Notes: generated by a model from the sequence alone, not told the origin. A DNA stretch of 49,530 nucleotides from a virus (IMGVR_UViG_3300015050_000527:1-49530); one strand, 5' to 3'. Shown: positions 15,884 to 25,263, numbered from the stretch's first letter. Translations and numbers: made by a program.

Positions 15884-16200
15884 TGGTACACTTTACAAAC
15901 ACAGACAATCCTATTGATTTTCCTAAGTCAACAATGACTATTAGAATTCGAGAACTTGTGCTAGAGGCTGGTTTCGTACACTACGGTGAAGATCAGGGTT
16001 TCTATAACATTCCAGTGCCTGCATTCAACGGTCGTATGGAAAAGTTCGCCGAGTTGATTGTACGGGAATGTATTGACAAGATTGAAACATATCGTATCCC
16101 AGTCGGAAATAGTGCCGCAGGTGAAATGGCATGTGAATGGACTTACTCTGCGTTACATGAGATTCGTGATGATATCAAAGAAACTTTTGGAGTTGAATAA
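15880..16200 (+). CDS. HFGVE-family paralog 2
   Basis: RIRELVLEAG...KFAELIVREC...IKETFGVE. Confidence 0.75.
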   Translation: MMVHFTNTDNPIDFPKSTMTIRIRELVLEAGFVHYGEDQGFYNIPVPAFNGRMEKFAELIVRECIDKIETYRIPVGNSAAGEMACEWTYSALHEIRDDIKETFGVE

Positions 16201-16576
16201 TGGGTTGGAATTTTGAAGTAAATGTCTGGGATGGTCCCGTTGATGGTAAGTTTAACTGGCTGCAAATTTATGCAGGTAATAGTATAATCCGAACAGTGTA
16301 CAACCTGTGTTGGGCAAAGCGCAACGGATGGAAGTGCATCAAACTGGAATGGAGACCCTGATGATTCGCTGGTATTGGCATAAGTTCATGCAATTTGTTG
16401 GGTATAGGGAAGTGTGGTATTTTCCTTCCAGACATATGCCAATGAGTGACTTTTGGCTCTGGGAATATAGACCTGATCTGCCCCGAGGAACCTATAAAGC
16501 ATGATTGCCATTTTTCACTTTACTTTTATTCAGATTAGTAGTATAATAACTTATTGAAACGTGAAAGATAAACAAC

Positions 16577-16774
16577 ATGAAGCAATATACAGTTAACTAT
16601 GGCGCAGTACCCCACCAACAACGGGCATTCCGCAACTACGCTGATGCCTCGGCATTTATCAAACAGCAATTGGATTTGGGAATTGCTGTTCGATCAGTCT
16701 CCAAGGAAGAATGCGAATATGCTGATTCCAGAGATCAACTGATCAGGTCAGTAGACATTATTGGAGATCGGTAA
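16577..16774 (+). CDS. hypothetical protein
   Basis: Follows TTTACT...TATAAT promoter-like sequence. Confidence 0.55.
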   Translation: MKQYTVNYGAVPHQQRAFRNYADASAFIKQQLDLGIAVRSVSKEECEYADSRDQLIRSVDIIGDR

Positions 16775-16916
16775 TGACTTACACCGTAGTTATCCTGCAG
16801 GACGACGAGACTGCTCGTTTGCCCTGCGCTACACTGGAAGAAGCGCATGAAGTTCGGCGCAGTTTCATCAACTACGGCAAGTATCAAGAAGTCCGTATTG
16901 AGATAGAGGAGCAGGC

Positions 16917-17138
16917 ATGAACGACTGTATTGAAAAATTGCGAGAGATGTGTAAGATCCAAGGTTACGATGGTAACTGGAACTATGATCCATATATGATG
17001 GGACTTTACAATGGACTAGAATTTGCTGTGTCTATTGTTGAGGACAGAGATCCGGTGTTCAAGAGTCAACCAGAACAGTGGCTAAAGGATATTCCAACCA
17101 CGCACATCTTAAGCAAAGAAGCAGAGGTTGAGGGTTGA
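16917..17138 (+). CDS. conserved phage hypothetical protein
   Basis: Q..DGNWNYDPYM.GLYNGLE motif; GGAG RBS. Confidence 0.65.
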   Translation: MNDCIEKLREMCKIQGYDGNWNYDPYMMGLYNGLEFAVSIVEDRDPVFKSQPEQWLKDIPTTHILSKEAEVEG

Positions 17139-17141
17139 ATA

Positions 17142-17558
17142 ATGACTGATCGAGAAATTATGCAACAGGCTCTGGAAGCATTAGAGTCTTGTGATCCGGG
17201 TGACTACACTACCGGGCATGTGATTTACCCGAGCTATCACGAGGATGCAGTTGAAGCTGCCATCACCGCCCTCGAGACAGCACTGGCAGAGCCGGTGCAG
17301 GAGCCGGTGGCGTGGATGACCGTTCGACTGGGTGCGCCTATTCAAACCACAGCGCGAGAGGATGTCGCCAACGAGTGGGCTAAATGGGGCGAGCAGCCCC
17401 TCTACACCGCCCCACCCCAGCGCAAGCCGCTGACGGAAGAACAGTGTGTAAGTATCTTCCGCGAGGCGTTCTTAGCCAGTCCAGATCCACTAGTTAAAGA
17501 CAACATGACTATTGCTTTTGCCCGCGCCATCGAGCGGGCACATGGGATCGTATCATGA
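17142..17558 (+). CDS. GC-rich hypothetical protein of proteobacterial temperate-phage type
   Basis: QALEALE...QEPVAW...PLYTAPPQRKPLT...FARAIERAHGI motifs; visibly higher GC. Confidence 0.7.
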   Translation: MTDREIMQQALEALESCDPGDYTTGHVIYPSYHEDAVEAAITALETALAEPVQEPVAWMTVRLGAPIQTTAREDVANEWAKWGEQPLYTAPPQRKPLTEEQCVSIFREAFLASPDPLVKDNMTIAFARAIERAHGIVS

Positions 17559-17737
17559 TCCAGAATGAGCACAAAAATGATGTTGTCACCGCAGCCATTC
17601 AGGGATTGATTCAGGGTGGTTGGGATAAACTTTACGCAGAATCTCTTTACATCTTGCTTGAACGAGTGTATAATTGTGGATACAATGAAGCACGACGCAA
17701 CATGGAAGAAAATCCACGAGATTGGGGAGCATACTGA
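17555..17737 (+). CDS. hypothetical protein
   Basis: ATGA-coupled ORF. Confidence 0.5.
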   Translation: MIQNEHKNDVVTAAIQGLIQGGWDKLYAESLYILLERVYNCGYNEARRNMEENPRDWGAY

Positions 17738-17851
17738 TGTCTGATGAAGAACTAGTCAACACACTTCGTATTGCGAGCAAGAGTATGCGCGACGAAAATA
17801 TAGCACTGGCAATGTTATTGATGATGGCTGCTGAACGTATCGAGGAGTTGA

Positions 17852-18178
17852 ATGATGAAACTGAGTGAACTGAAACAATTTGTTGATCGACAACTTGAGT
17901 TCAATGGTCGCGAAGATCCCGAAGTTGTAATTCGCATCAAAATGCCATATACCACTGTGGGCGCATCACCTACGGTCAAGGTTAAGAATGTTCAAATGGG
18001 GTTTGACTGGGACTCAGGCAAGTTTATGCTGTACCCAGAAGAAGACCTTACTCCCAGTGATCGTGACTTTGCCAAACAGATGACGGAGATGCAGACACGA
18101 GCAGGAAACGCAGACTACGAAAATCGCAATCTCAAGGCAGAAATTCGCCGACTGCAAAAGAAGTTGAATACACCATGA
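17852..18178 (+). CDS. hypothetical protein
   Basis: GGAG RBS; GFDWDSGKF motif; C-terminal coiled coil. Confidence 0.6.
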   Translation: MMKLSELKQFVDRQLEFNGREDPEVVIRIKMPYTTVGASPTVKVKNVQMGFDWDSGKFMLYPEEDLTPSDRDFAKQMTEMQTRAGNADYENRNLKAEIRRLQKKLNTP

Positions 18179-18286
18179 AAGAAAAAGAATGAAACCAGCT
18201 GATAAATTTTTGTGTTTTAGTTTGATATTCTTCACCGCTTCGTTGACCTATGCTATATGCTCTGTGTATTTGTAAGGAATTAAAGA

Positions 18287-18508
18287 ATGAACGAACGAAT
18301 TCGAGAACTTGCTAAACAGGCTGACATTTACTCTGACAAACACGCTGAGTCCAGAGATTATGTGGTGTTGCGTGACCAGTATTTCGCCGAGTTGATTGTT
18401 CGAGAATGTGCTGGCATTTACGACAAGATTGACAACGGCAATTCGCATATGGGTACAGATGATTATCTGGAAGCATTACATAGAACATTCTTCGGAGTTA
18501 AAGAATGA
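18287..18508 (+). CDS. HFGVE-family paralog 3
   Basis: MNERIRELA...FAELIVRECA...FFGVKE. Confidence 0.75.
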   Translation: MNERIRELAKQADIYSDKHAESRDYVVLRDQYFAELIVRECAGIYDKIDNGNSHMGTDDYLEALHRTFFGVKE

Positions 18509-18654
18509 AATATGTTGTAAAACTGGCGGATTCAAATGATGAAACCTGCTCTGAATATGTTCAATCATTTGAATCAAGAAAAAACGCACAAGATTATGCC
18601 GACACTTTGAATGAACGGGGTGACGGTTATTACTATGTTGAATTAAAAGATTAA
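18505..18654 (+). CDS. 49-aa hypothetical protein (not in ORF track)
   Basis: ATG overlapping paralog stop with GGAG RBS. Confidence 0.5.
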   Translation: MKYVVKLADSNDETCSEYVQSFESRKNAQDYADTLNERGDGYYYVELKD

Positions 18655-18679
18655 ACAACATTTCGGAGTTGAAGAATGA
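18650..18679 (+). pseudogene. orphan 3' remnant of an HFGVE-family gene
   Basis: ATTAAACAACATTTCGGAGTTGAAGAATGA = IKQHFGVEE* out of frame with the upstream ORF. Confidence 0.7.
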
Positions 18680-18828
18680 GTAACCTATGGTTCAATGTAC
18701 GTTTCGGCACTAGACACTTTCAGTTCTCTAGAGACTGGGAGATTAGCTTTAAGGTGAATCCATATTTTGTCGAGAACCCTCCGCAAAAATGGTTTGAAGT
18801 TTACTGCTTGTTTGGAAAGCACTTTTGA
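18676..18828 (+). CDS. 50-aa hypothetical protein (not in ORF track)
   Basis: MSNLWFNVRFGTRHFQ..., uses RBS inside the remnant. Confidence 0.55.
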   Translation: MSNLWFNVRFGTRHFQFSRDWEISFKVNPYFVENPPQKWFEVYCLFGKHF

Positions 18829-19021
18829 TTATGAAAGATAAAGTTGAATTTGTTCACTACTCGGATGTATTAGGTGCTCTGATTATGAAGGCTACTAACT
18901 GGAAAGAAGCAGCGAGTGAACTATACAATGAAGGGTTCGCTAATTCCGGCAAGTGCAAAGTAGTCAAGCGCACTTATAAGTGGATCAGCGACGAGCCACA
19001 GATTATTGATACGGACTACAA

Positions 19022-19249
19022 ATGAATGACCGAATCAGAGAACTTGCCGCTTCAATTGGTATCAGTGTTGAGTATTTGGCGAATACGAAGCAAATTGAGT
19101 TGCTTGATAAGTTCGCAGAGTTGATTGTTCGGGAATGCTTGAATGAACTTTGCGAGCAGATGGATAAACATAATGTCGATCTTTCCAATCTCCCATCCTG
19201 GTATAAAGCATTAGCAAAAACTGAAGAACATTTTGGAGTTGAAGAATGA
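19022..19249 (+). CDS. HFGVE-family paralog 4
   Basis: MNDRIRELA...KFAELIVREC...EHFGVEE. Confidence 0.75.
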   Translation: MNDRIRELAASIGISVEYLANTKQIELLDKFAELIVRECLNELCEQMDKHNVDLSNLPSWYKALAKTEEHFGVEE

Positions 19250-19530
19250 AGATTGTTATCAACACATGTTACGGCGGATTCTCTCTGTCTGACGCAGCAA
19301 TCACAATGTACTGCGAAGCGAAAAATCTTAACACGAAAGAATTTTGCGAGTGGGAAGTTCCTCGCAATGACGCTACACTCATTTCTATCGTAGAGAAACT
19401 TGGCGATAGCGTCAACACAGGATATTCTAAGTTGAGGATTGTTGAAATTCCAGAAGATGTCAATTGGACAGTTGAACAGTACGATGGAAACGAATGGGTA
19501 GCCGAGGTTCACCGTACTTGGAGATATTGA
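19246..19530 (+). CDS. conserved phage hypothetical protein
   Basis: KIVINTCYGGFSLS...LRIVEIP...EQYDGNEWVAE motif. Confidence 0.75.
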   Translation: MKIVINTCYGGFSLSDAAITMYCEAKNLNTKEFCEWEVPRNDATLISIVEKLGDSVNTGYSKLRIVEIPEDVNWTVEQYDGNEWVAEVHRTWRY

Positions 19531-19752
19531 ATGAACTCACATGTACTAGACCTTGCTAAGAAAGCTGGGCTCAAAAAAGATCATGGATCTGACAGAGAGT
19601 ACATTGGTGACTTCGACTGGCGTAAGTTTGCCGATTTGATTGTTAGCGAGTGTGCTAAAATCGGCGAGTTAAAAGAACAGGGTCATGAAGAATATGACAC
19701 AGATGTGTCAGTTGGATGGTACATGAAGCAACATTTCGGAGTTGAAGAATGA
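19531..19752 (+). CDS. HFGVE-family paralog 5
   Basis: LAKKAG...KFADLIVSECA...KQHFGVEE. Confidence 0.75.
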   Translation: MNSHVLDLAKKAGLKKDHGSDREYIGDFDWRKFADLIVSECAKIGELKEQGHEEYDTDVSVGWYMKQHFGVEE

Positions 19753-20009
19753 TTACCTTTTATCCCAGAGATATCGGATTGTGGAGGAAATCATTCAACT
19801 TTGAAATGCCTGGTGTCCATGGTCCTAACAAGATATTTTATGATAGAGATGAATTAATCGGGTTCTGTAAACAACACGGTGTTAGATTAGATGATCCAGA
19901 AAATCCATTTGAAATTTTGAACGATTTTGCAAATCCGGTATTTGGTGATGGAACTTTTGTTGTAAAACAATGGACCGTTATTGGATGGTTAAAGGATAAT
20001 TTAGTATGA
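19749..20009 (+). CDS. hypothetical protein
   Basis: ATGA-coupled to paralog 5. Confidence 0.6.
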   Translation: MITFYPRDIGLWRKSFNFEMPGVHGPNKIFYDRDELIGFCKQHGVRLDDPENPFEILNDFANPVFGDGTFVVKQWTVIGWLKDNLV

Positions 20010-20278
20010 ACGAACGAATTAAAGAACTTGCTGTTGAGGCTGGAATCATTTCAGTAGAATACAACGGATTTGACCCCACTGGTCTTACTAAAGCACAAAG
20101 AAAGTTCGCAGAGTTGATTGTTCGGAAGTGTGCCGATATTTGTCTCAATGAGAATGTATCTAATCTTGATTTGGATGTTATTCGTATGTCTGGCAAATTT
20201 ACTTTACAGGATCTTGCTACTAAATCGTGTGGTGAGAATTTGACTAAACGGATTAAAGAACATTTCGGAGTTGACTAA
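20006..20278 (+). CDS. HFGVE-family paralog 6
   Basis: MNERIKELAVEAG...KFAELIVRKCA...IKEHFGVD. Confidence 0.75.
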   Translation: MNERIKELAVEAGIISVEYNGFDPTGLTKAQRKFAELIVRKCADICLNENVSNLDLDVIRMSGKFTLQDLATKSCGENLTKRIKEHFGVD

Positions 20279-20520
20279 TGAGTGAAGAAGTTAAGATGAG
20301 GACGTTTAAAGTCGTTTGGAACAGCGAAGGAAACGTACCTCCTATTCGATCTGCAAATGGTCGTGCTCCTGCCGAAGTTATCGTCCGCGCTGAAACAATC
20401 GCAAAAGCTCAAGATAAGTTTTTAGCGTGGCTGAGAAAACTTCCACTCTACGAACATATGTGGCGACTGGATTTTCAATTCACTGAAGTTGCATATATTG
20501 AACCACTAGTTCTGGAGTGA
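20278..20520 (+). CDS. hypothetical protein
   Basis: TAATG-coupled to paralog 6. Confidence 0.6.
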   Translation: MSEEVKMRTFKVVWNSEGNVPPIRSANGRAPAEVIVRAETIAKAQDKFLAWLRKLPLYEHMWRLDFQFTEVAYIEPLVLE

Positions 20521-20571
20521 CATTGCATTTGCAACTTGACTAGGACACCATATAGAAACAGTCTGTCTATC

Positions 20572-20760
20572 ATGATATATACCAAAGAACACTATAATAG
20601 ATTACTGATGTCTCTAATCGGTAATGAATCTCTTATCGAGAGATGGTGGAAATCGCCCAATAGAGCGTTCAATGGATTAACACCTGAACAGACAGCAGAT
20701 TCGAATCCCATGAAGCTACATAATTACATACTTGGACAATTCAATGGCGATTATATGTGA
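20572..20760 (+). CDS. Xre/MbcA/ParS antitoxin C-terminal-like protein
   Basis: IERWWKSPNRAFNGLTP resembles the W..xPNxALxGxxP motif. Confidence 0.55.
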   Translation: MIYTKEHYNRLLMSLIGNESLIERWWKSPNRAFNGLTPEQTADSNPMKLHNYILGQFNGDYM

Positions 20761-21296
20761 AGGAAAACTTAAAGCTAGTCATGCTATTAAAAGATTTAAT
20801 TACATATTTACAGGAATTATACTTCACAGAATCGAAGTTGAGTTCATCTGAGCCAGAGATTGTCATACATGCGTATAGACAAGTTGATTCATTGGGCAAT
20901 TATGAATACAGTGGAACGTCCAGAAATATTAGCGTTGAAACTCAGGGAAGAAACAAACCTCTTGTGATTTCCTATAATGACGATTTCGATAGTACATTAT
21001 CTCCTATTCCAGATGATATGCAGGAAGAAGATCCGAAAATGACATTCAAATATCAGATAGAGTTGCTGTCTGATTTTCCTAGAGTACAAGCAAACATAGC
21101 ATCTTTGTGGGGAACTTTGCGCGGAAGAGAATGTATATGTGGATTACTTATAGATGATCGTCCAGGAAGAGAGAATAGTAAAGTAAAAGGCTTTCCGCCT
21201 GAAGTGTATGTTACTATAAACAATCTTCTTGTTATACATGATAAGATTTTTCCTAAGTTAATTCCACCAACAAGTCCATGGGACATTAAGATATAA
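20757..21296 (+). CDS. hypothetical two-domain protein
   Basis: C-terminal FPRV...LWG...LLIDDR...GFPPEV module. Confidence 0.6.
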   Translation: MKENLKLVMLLKDLITYLQELYFTESKLSSSEPEIVIHAYRQVDSLGNYEYSGTSRNISVETQGRNKPLVISYNDDFDSTLSPIPDDMQEEDPKMTFKYQIELLSDFPRVQANIASLWGTLRGRECICGLLIDDRPGRENSKVKGFPPEVYVTINNLLVIHDKIFPKLIPPTSPWDIKI

Positions 21297-21316
21297 CAAC
21301 AGAGACGAGACAAATA

Positions 21317-21535
21317 ATGAGTAAATTTTCAGCAACTCTTGGTTTTATTTTGGGCGCAATGCTTGTGATCTTTTTTATGTCCACCGCAATGTCTTGGGTA
21401 GTTTATATTGTATGGCAGGGCGTAATGGGATCAGCACCACCCTTCTGGATCTTCTGGTCCTCATGTTCTATGGCACTTATTGCAGCATGTTTTGCTTCAA
21501 GTGTAACACATTTTGCTCCGAAAACTCGTAAATAA
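21317..21535 (+). CDS. small membrane protein
   Basis: Two hydrophobic helices. Confidence 0.55.
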   Translation: MSKFSATLGFILGAMLVIFFMSTAMSWVVYIVWQGVMGSAPPFWIFWSSCSMALIAACFASSVTHFAPKTRK

Positions 21536-21545
21536 AGTATATCAT

Positions 21546-21875
21546 ATGGGATACAACATCGATCTTCGTAAAAAGTTTCGCGATTACTTCAACGAACTAG
21601 AAGGATATGGACTACGTTCAGAAAGATTCTACGGCACTCTAGATACACATACATCTAAGAAAGAGCTAGCAGATTCAATGACTCTATGGCTTGAAGCTGC
21701 ATATCTACAAGGTGCGCGTGATATGGCACAAGATACTGTTGAAACTCTAGGTGATTATGCGACATCACTTGCTGGTATCAACGAAGTAGTCTATACTCGC
21801 GAACAAGCATATGATGCTGCTCATGATGCACTTATGGTTTACTATACAAAGGTACTTGATAATGGAATCGACTAA
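21546..21875 (+). CDS. hypothetical protein
   Basis: F.ELEGYGLRSERFY motif. Confidence 0.6.
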   Translation: MGYNIDLRKKFRDYFNELEGYGLRSERFYGTLDTHTSKKELADSMTLWLEAAYLQGARDMAQDTVETLGDYATSLAGINEVVYTREQAYDAAHDALMVYYTKVLDNGID

Positions 21876-21957
21876 ATTCTATTGCACCTTTATTGGTGCC
21901 TTTTTGGTGGGAATGACATTTGGTTTCTTTTTAGCACTCATATCTCTAAATTGAATT

Positions 21958-22290
21958 ATGACGAATAGATATACTCCCGACTGCTGGGTAATCGTTGAAA
22001 TCTCTGGCACTAAAGTTCCAAAGACGTATCGCCGCATTCTAGCTGGATGGTACGGCGGATACGCTGGAAGTAATAGTTGGAAACTCTCCAGTGGCATTGA
22101 AGATATGATTGATCGTGAAGATCATTGGGAAATTCCTAATCATAGCGGTAGCATATACTATTGTTATAAATCTCTCGAACGATTTAGTATGTTGACTGGA
22201 AGTATCTTCTCTAATTATGCTAAAGATAATAATGAAGATGTCACTATGACTCATATTAAAATGGGCGAAGACTCTGAAGTCTCTGTGTGA
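21958..22290 (+). CDS. conserved phage hypothetical protein
   Basis: YTPDCWVIV...LAGWYGGYAGSNSWKLSSG motif. Confidence 0.72.
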   Translation: MTNRYTPDCWVIVEISGTKVPKTYRRILAGWYGGYAGSNSWKLSSGIEDMIDREDHWEIPNHSGSIYYCYKSLERFSMLTGSIFSNYAKDNNEDVTMTHIKMGEDSEVSV

Positions 22291-22390
22291 TTTTTACAAC
22301 ACAATGCATGGGTAGTTGATCATTCTTGTCAACTACCGCTTGACACGTGGCACCGATTTGTTATACTGAGTCTAACGAATCGAGAAAGCA
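22284..22390 (+). promoter_or_regulatory. early promoter with both palindromic boxes
   Basis: TGTGTG-N6-ACAACA; TAGTTGAT-N7-GTCAACTA; TTGACA...TATACT-GAGTCTAACGAATC. Confidence 0.75.
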
Positions 22391-22394
22391 AGAA

Positions 22395-22616
22395 ATGAAC
22401 CAAGTCCAAATCACTCTCCATGGCAAGCAAGCCCTTGTTGATGCTGATCAAGTCAAACTCCTCCTGAAGAAAGAAGCTCTCGTTGCAGAAGCATTGTCTC
22501 TTCGTGACCGTGCAAACACTCTCTCCGCGTATGATCATATGCAAGAGTCTAGCAAGATTGCGACGCAAATCATCCGACTGAATCGTCGGATCCGTAAGAC
22601 TGTGCAGTTTATCTAA
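22395..22616 (+). CDS. early hypothetical protein
   Basis: First ORF after promoter. Confidence 0.55.
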   Translation: MNQVQITLHGKQALVDADQVKLLLKKEALVAEALSLRDRANTLSAYDHMQESSKIATQIIRLNRRIRKTVQFI

Positions 22617-22940
22617 GGAGAACACTGTGAGCAGAAGGTTGATATTGTTTTACGCAGGAGCTATTGTGTGGTTCATCACTATTGCTGCGCTACTTGGAAA
22701 ATACACAGTGAGTCCTCTGTCCGCGCCTCGATGGACAAACACGTACTTGACTCATGAAACCGGGCGTTGTTTGGATAAATCCTGCAAAATATAGGAGAAC
22801 AAGATGAAGGTGTCAGAACTGATTGAGATGCTGAAGGACTTTGATCCTGAGCTGGAAGTGACTGTGTACGACTATGAACACGGACAGACGGACTGGATCA
22901 ACAGATTTGAAGTGGAGAATGATGAGCTGGTGATCTACGC

Positions 22941-23204
22941 ATGATGGACTCACAACAAATTCTTGAGCATCTCACGCAGTGGGCAGAATCGCGCAACTTC
23001 ACTGCGCCCTACGGCATTCTTACGGGGCAACATGTGAACTCTAAAGGTAGGAAATATCTTTCTTTGACGTTCGGTCGCGCACGAACTTTAGACGCAACTG
23101 TGGAAATCTACAATCGCAACTTCATGATTCTCCGTGCTAGCAATCGCCAGCCTGAGGTTTTCAAAAATCTGCGCGAACTTGAACTCCAGCTGGACACTCT
23201 CTGA
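22941..23204 (+). CDS. hypothetical protein
   Basis: 87-aa ORF. Confidence 0.55.
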   Translation: MMDSQQILEHLTQWAESRNFTAPYGILTGQHVNSKGRKYLSLTFGRARTLDATVEIYNRNFMILRASNRQPEVFKNLRELELQLDTL

Positions 23205-23288
23205 TAGTTGACAAAAACAGTCAACTATTAAAAAAACGCTTGACAGATACCACTACCTTTGCTATACTGAGTCTAACGAATCAAGAAG
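23204..23288 (+). promoter_or_regulatory. early promoter, duplicate of 14384-14470
   Basis: ATAGTTGACAAAAACAGTCAACTATTAAAAAAACGCTTGACA...TATACTGAGTCTAACGAATCAAGAA. Confidence 0.8.
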
Positions 23289-23297
23289 GAAAGAAAA

Positions 23298-23543
23298 ATG
23301 TCGATATCTAATGCTGTTCGGTTTGCCAAGCAACGTGAAGTCTACGAAGACTGCGAGACGGCAGTTCAAAATCTGAGCAAAAAGATTGCGAACGAATACG
23401 AAGCAAAAGGCAATGTTCGCCAAGATGCTATCGCATACACCAGTGGATACATGATGTCGGTTCTTACCAATCTTATCGCTGATCTTCCTAACAAACAGCG
23501 AAAAGAAATTATTGACAATCTGACTCGGCGGGCTGCGCAGTGA
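23298..23543 (+). CDS. early hypothetical protein
   Basis: AAGGA RBS after promoter. Confidence 0.6.
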   Translation: MSISNAVRFAKQREVYEDCETAVQNLSKKIANEYEAKGNVRQDAIAYTSGYMMSVLTNLIADLPNKQRKEIIDNLTRRAAQ

Positions 23544-23767
23544 ATAACAAAATCAATTTTTACTTGCAGTGGATTGCTACTGCGATCACCGTTCTTGGTG
23601 CTGGATTCACCGCGGTGAATATCTATCCTGCCAACGTCATTGCGTTCAACCTCGGTAGCGTTCTCTGGCTTGTCTACGCATACCGCATTCGTGCCAAGTC
23701 TTTGATCGTAGTCAACCTGTCTATGTTGATGATCTACTTCGCTGGCACGATCTACGCAGCACTTTGA
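23540..23767 (+). CDS. small 3-TM membrane protein
   Basis: LQWIAT...NIYPAN...GSVLWL...LIVVNL pattern. Confidence 0.65.
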   Translation: MNNKINFYLQWIATAITVLGAGFTAVNIYPANVIAFNLGSVLWLVYAYRIRAKSLIVVNLSMLMIYFAGTIYAAL

Positions 23768-23881
23768 GTTGCAGAAAAACAACAATAGTTGACTAAATCA
23801 CTCTGGTTTCTATTGACATCTGATGCCGCTGTGATATACTGATCTTGTTGATTAGATAACACCTGATTGAAAGTAAACATC

Positions 23882-24130
23882 ATGCGTACCAAGACAATTA
23901 TTCCCGGTTTGAAGAACTCGCAAAAAATTCGTGTCATCGTTAACGGTGTCGGTTTCGAAACGACCGTTGAGGGTATGACTCGAATGACGTTTGCAGAACA
24001 GAAGATTGCGATTTGGACTGGGCTTGAGAAGATCGCCCGCGAGAAGTTGCTTGGCTTTGCATCTACCACTACGTTTTACGATAGTAAGTTGGCGCAACAA
24101 AAAGTTGACTTTCAAGTTAACATTCTCTGA
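23882..24130 (+). CDS. early hypothetical protein
   Basis: Downstream of TTGACA-17-TATACT promoter. Confidence 0.6.
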   Translation: MRTKTIIPGLKNSQKIRVIVNGVGFETTVEGMTRMTFAEQKIAIWTGLEKIAREKLLGFASTTTFYDSKLAQQKVDFQVNIL

Positions 24131-24296
24131 AAGAAAATATGATTCGCATCATTCTTGGTATTCTGATCGTTTACGGTGTTGCTGGCGGCATTGACAACAT
24201 GCCTCTTGATCCTTCGCTTTCTTATATTCTGGCACAAATCACCGTGCTGTGTGTCGGATTCTCTCTCGCCCTCTGGGGCATAAAGGATGTTAAAAA

Positions 24297-24500
24297 ATGA
24301 CTTTTCTCGCAATGCCCTCGATGTTCAATCGAACGAACTCCAAACAGTTCAAAACAATCGCCTCAGCTAAAGCGTATCTAGATGAGACTACAGGATACAA
24401 AATGCGGGCTGATGAGTGGTGCATGGTTGGAAAGATCATGGAAGTTGACAAAAATGGTCAACTAATTCCAGCTATTGACATCGATGCAATTTTGGTGTAA
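24297..24500 (+). CDS. hypothetical protein
   Basis: AAGGA RBS. Confidence 0.5.
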   Translation: MTFLAMPSMFNRTNSKQFKTIASAKAYLDETTGYKMRADEWCMVGKIMEVDKNGQLIPAIDIDAILV

Positions 24501-24542
24501 ACTATATCTGTTCTGTTGACTAAACCTAAAAGGAAATATATT

Positions 24543-25004
24543 ATGAGCAACTCCCATCAAGCCAAGGTCTACAACATGCTTAAGGCATCCAATGGACCCG
24601 TCACCGTTGAGCAACTTCTTTCTATCGAAGGTCTTCTGCCATACAAGCTGTCTGCGTATGTTCTTTACGCAAAGATCGACTACGGCGCAGTCATCAGGCC
24701 GATCCGCGATGGTCGCAAAGTAACTGCATATGAGATGGTTGATCCTGGCACTGGTGTTGGTACACAGAAAGCAAAGCCAGCAAAGCCAGCTAAGACTGTT
24801 GTCGCCAAGACTCCAAAGACTCCAAAGACTCCGAAGATCAAGACTGTTGTTCCCAAGACTAAGAAGACTGCACCCGTTGTGACTAAGACTCCAGCATTCA
24901 TGCCGAAAGATGACAAGATCGTGGACATTCTCGATGAGATGGACACCAGTGTGTCTTCGTTCGAGGATCGTGAGTTTGCTGAGGACTTTGTAAACAGTTT
25001 GTGA
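24543..25004 (+). CDS. putative DNA-binding protein with K/P/T-rich tail
   Basis: Possible winged-helix N-terminus; AKPAKP and KTPKTPKTP repeats (AAGACTCCA tandem); acidic C-end. Confidence 0.6.
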   Translation: MSNSHQAKVYNMLKASNGPVTVEQLLSIEGLLPYKLSAYVLYAKIDYGAVIRPIRDGRKVTAYEMVDPGTGVGTQKAKPAKPAKTVVAKTPKTPKTPKIKTVVPKTKKTAPVVTKTPAFMPKDDKIVDILDEMDTSVSSFEDREFAEDFVNSL

Positions 25005-25263
25005 AATGATGATATGATGTACGAATCGCTAAAGTATTATGTTGTGCGCGCATGGGCGCTAGGGCTGACTGGTAGCGATGCTGTTGAATACATAAGTGAG
25101 ACTGCCAACGTAGATTTCGCAGTAGCTGAAATTGCAGTCTCGCAACTCTCTCTAGATATGTCGAAGTGATTTTTATGAAGAATCTTTACGATTTTATTCC
25201 TAGCGATGTCAGTACGGTGGAGTACATTCTTCACGGCAGTTCTCTTTTCATTCTTCTATTGCT

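Noticed and set aside
15674-20278. Diversity-generating retroelement behind the paralog variation
   Set aside because: No reverse transcriptase in the window, and variable segments are unrelated in length and sequence rather than adenine-specific variants
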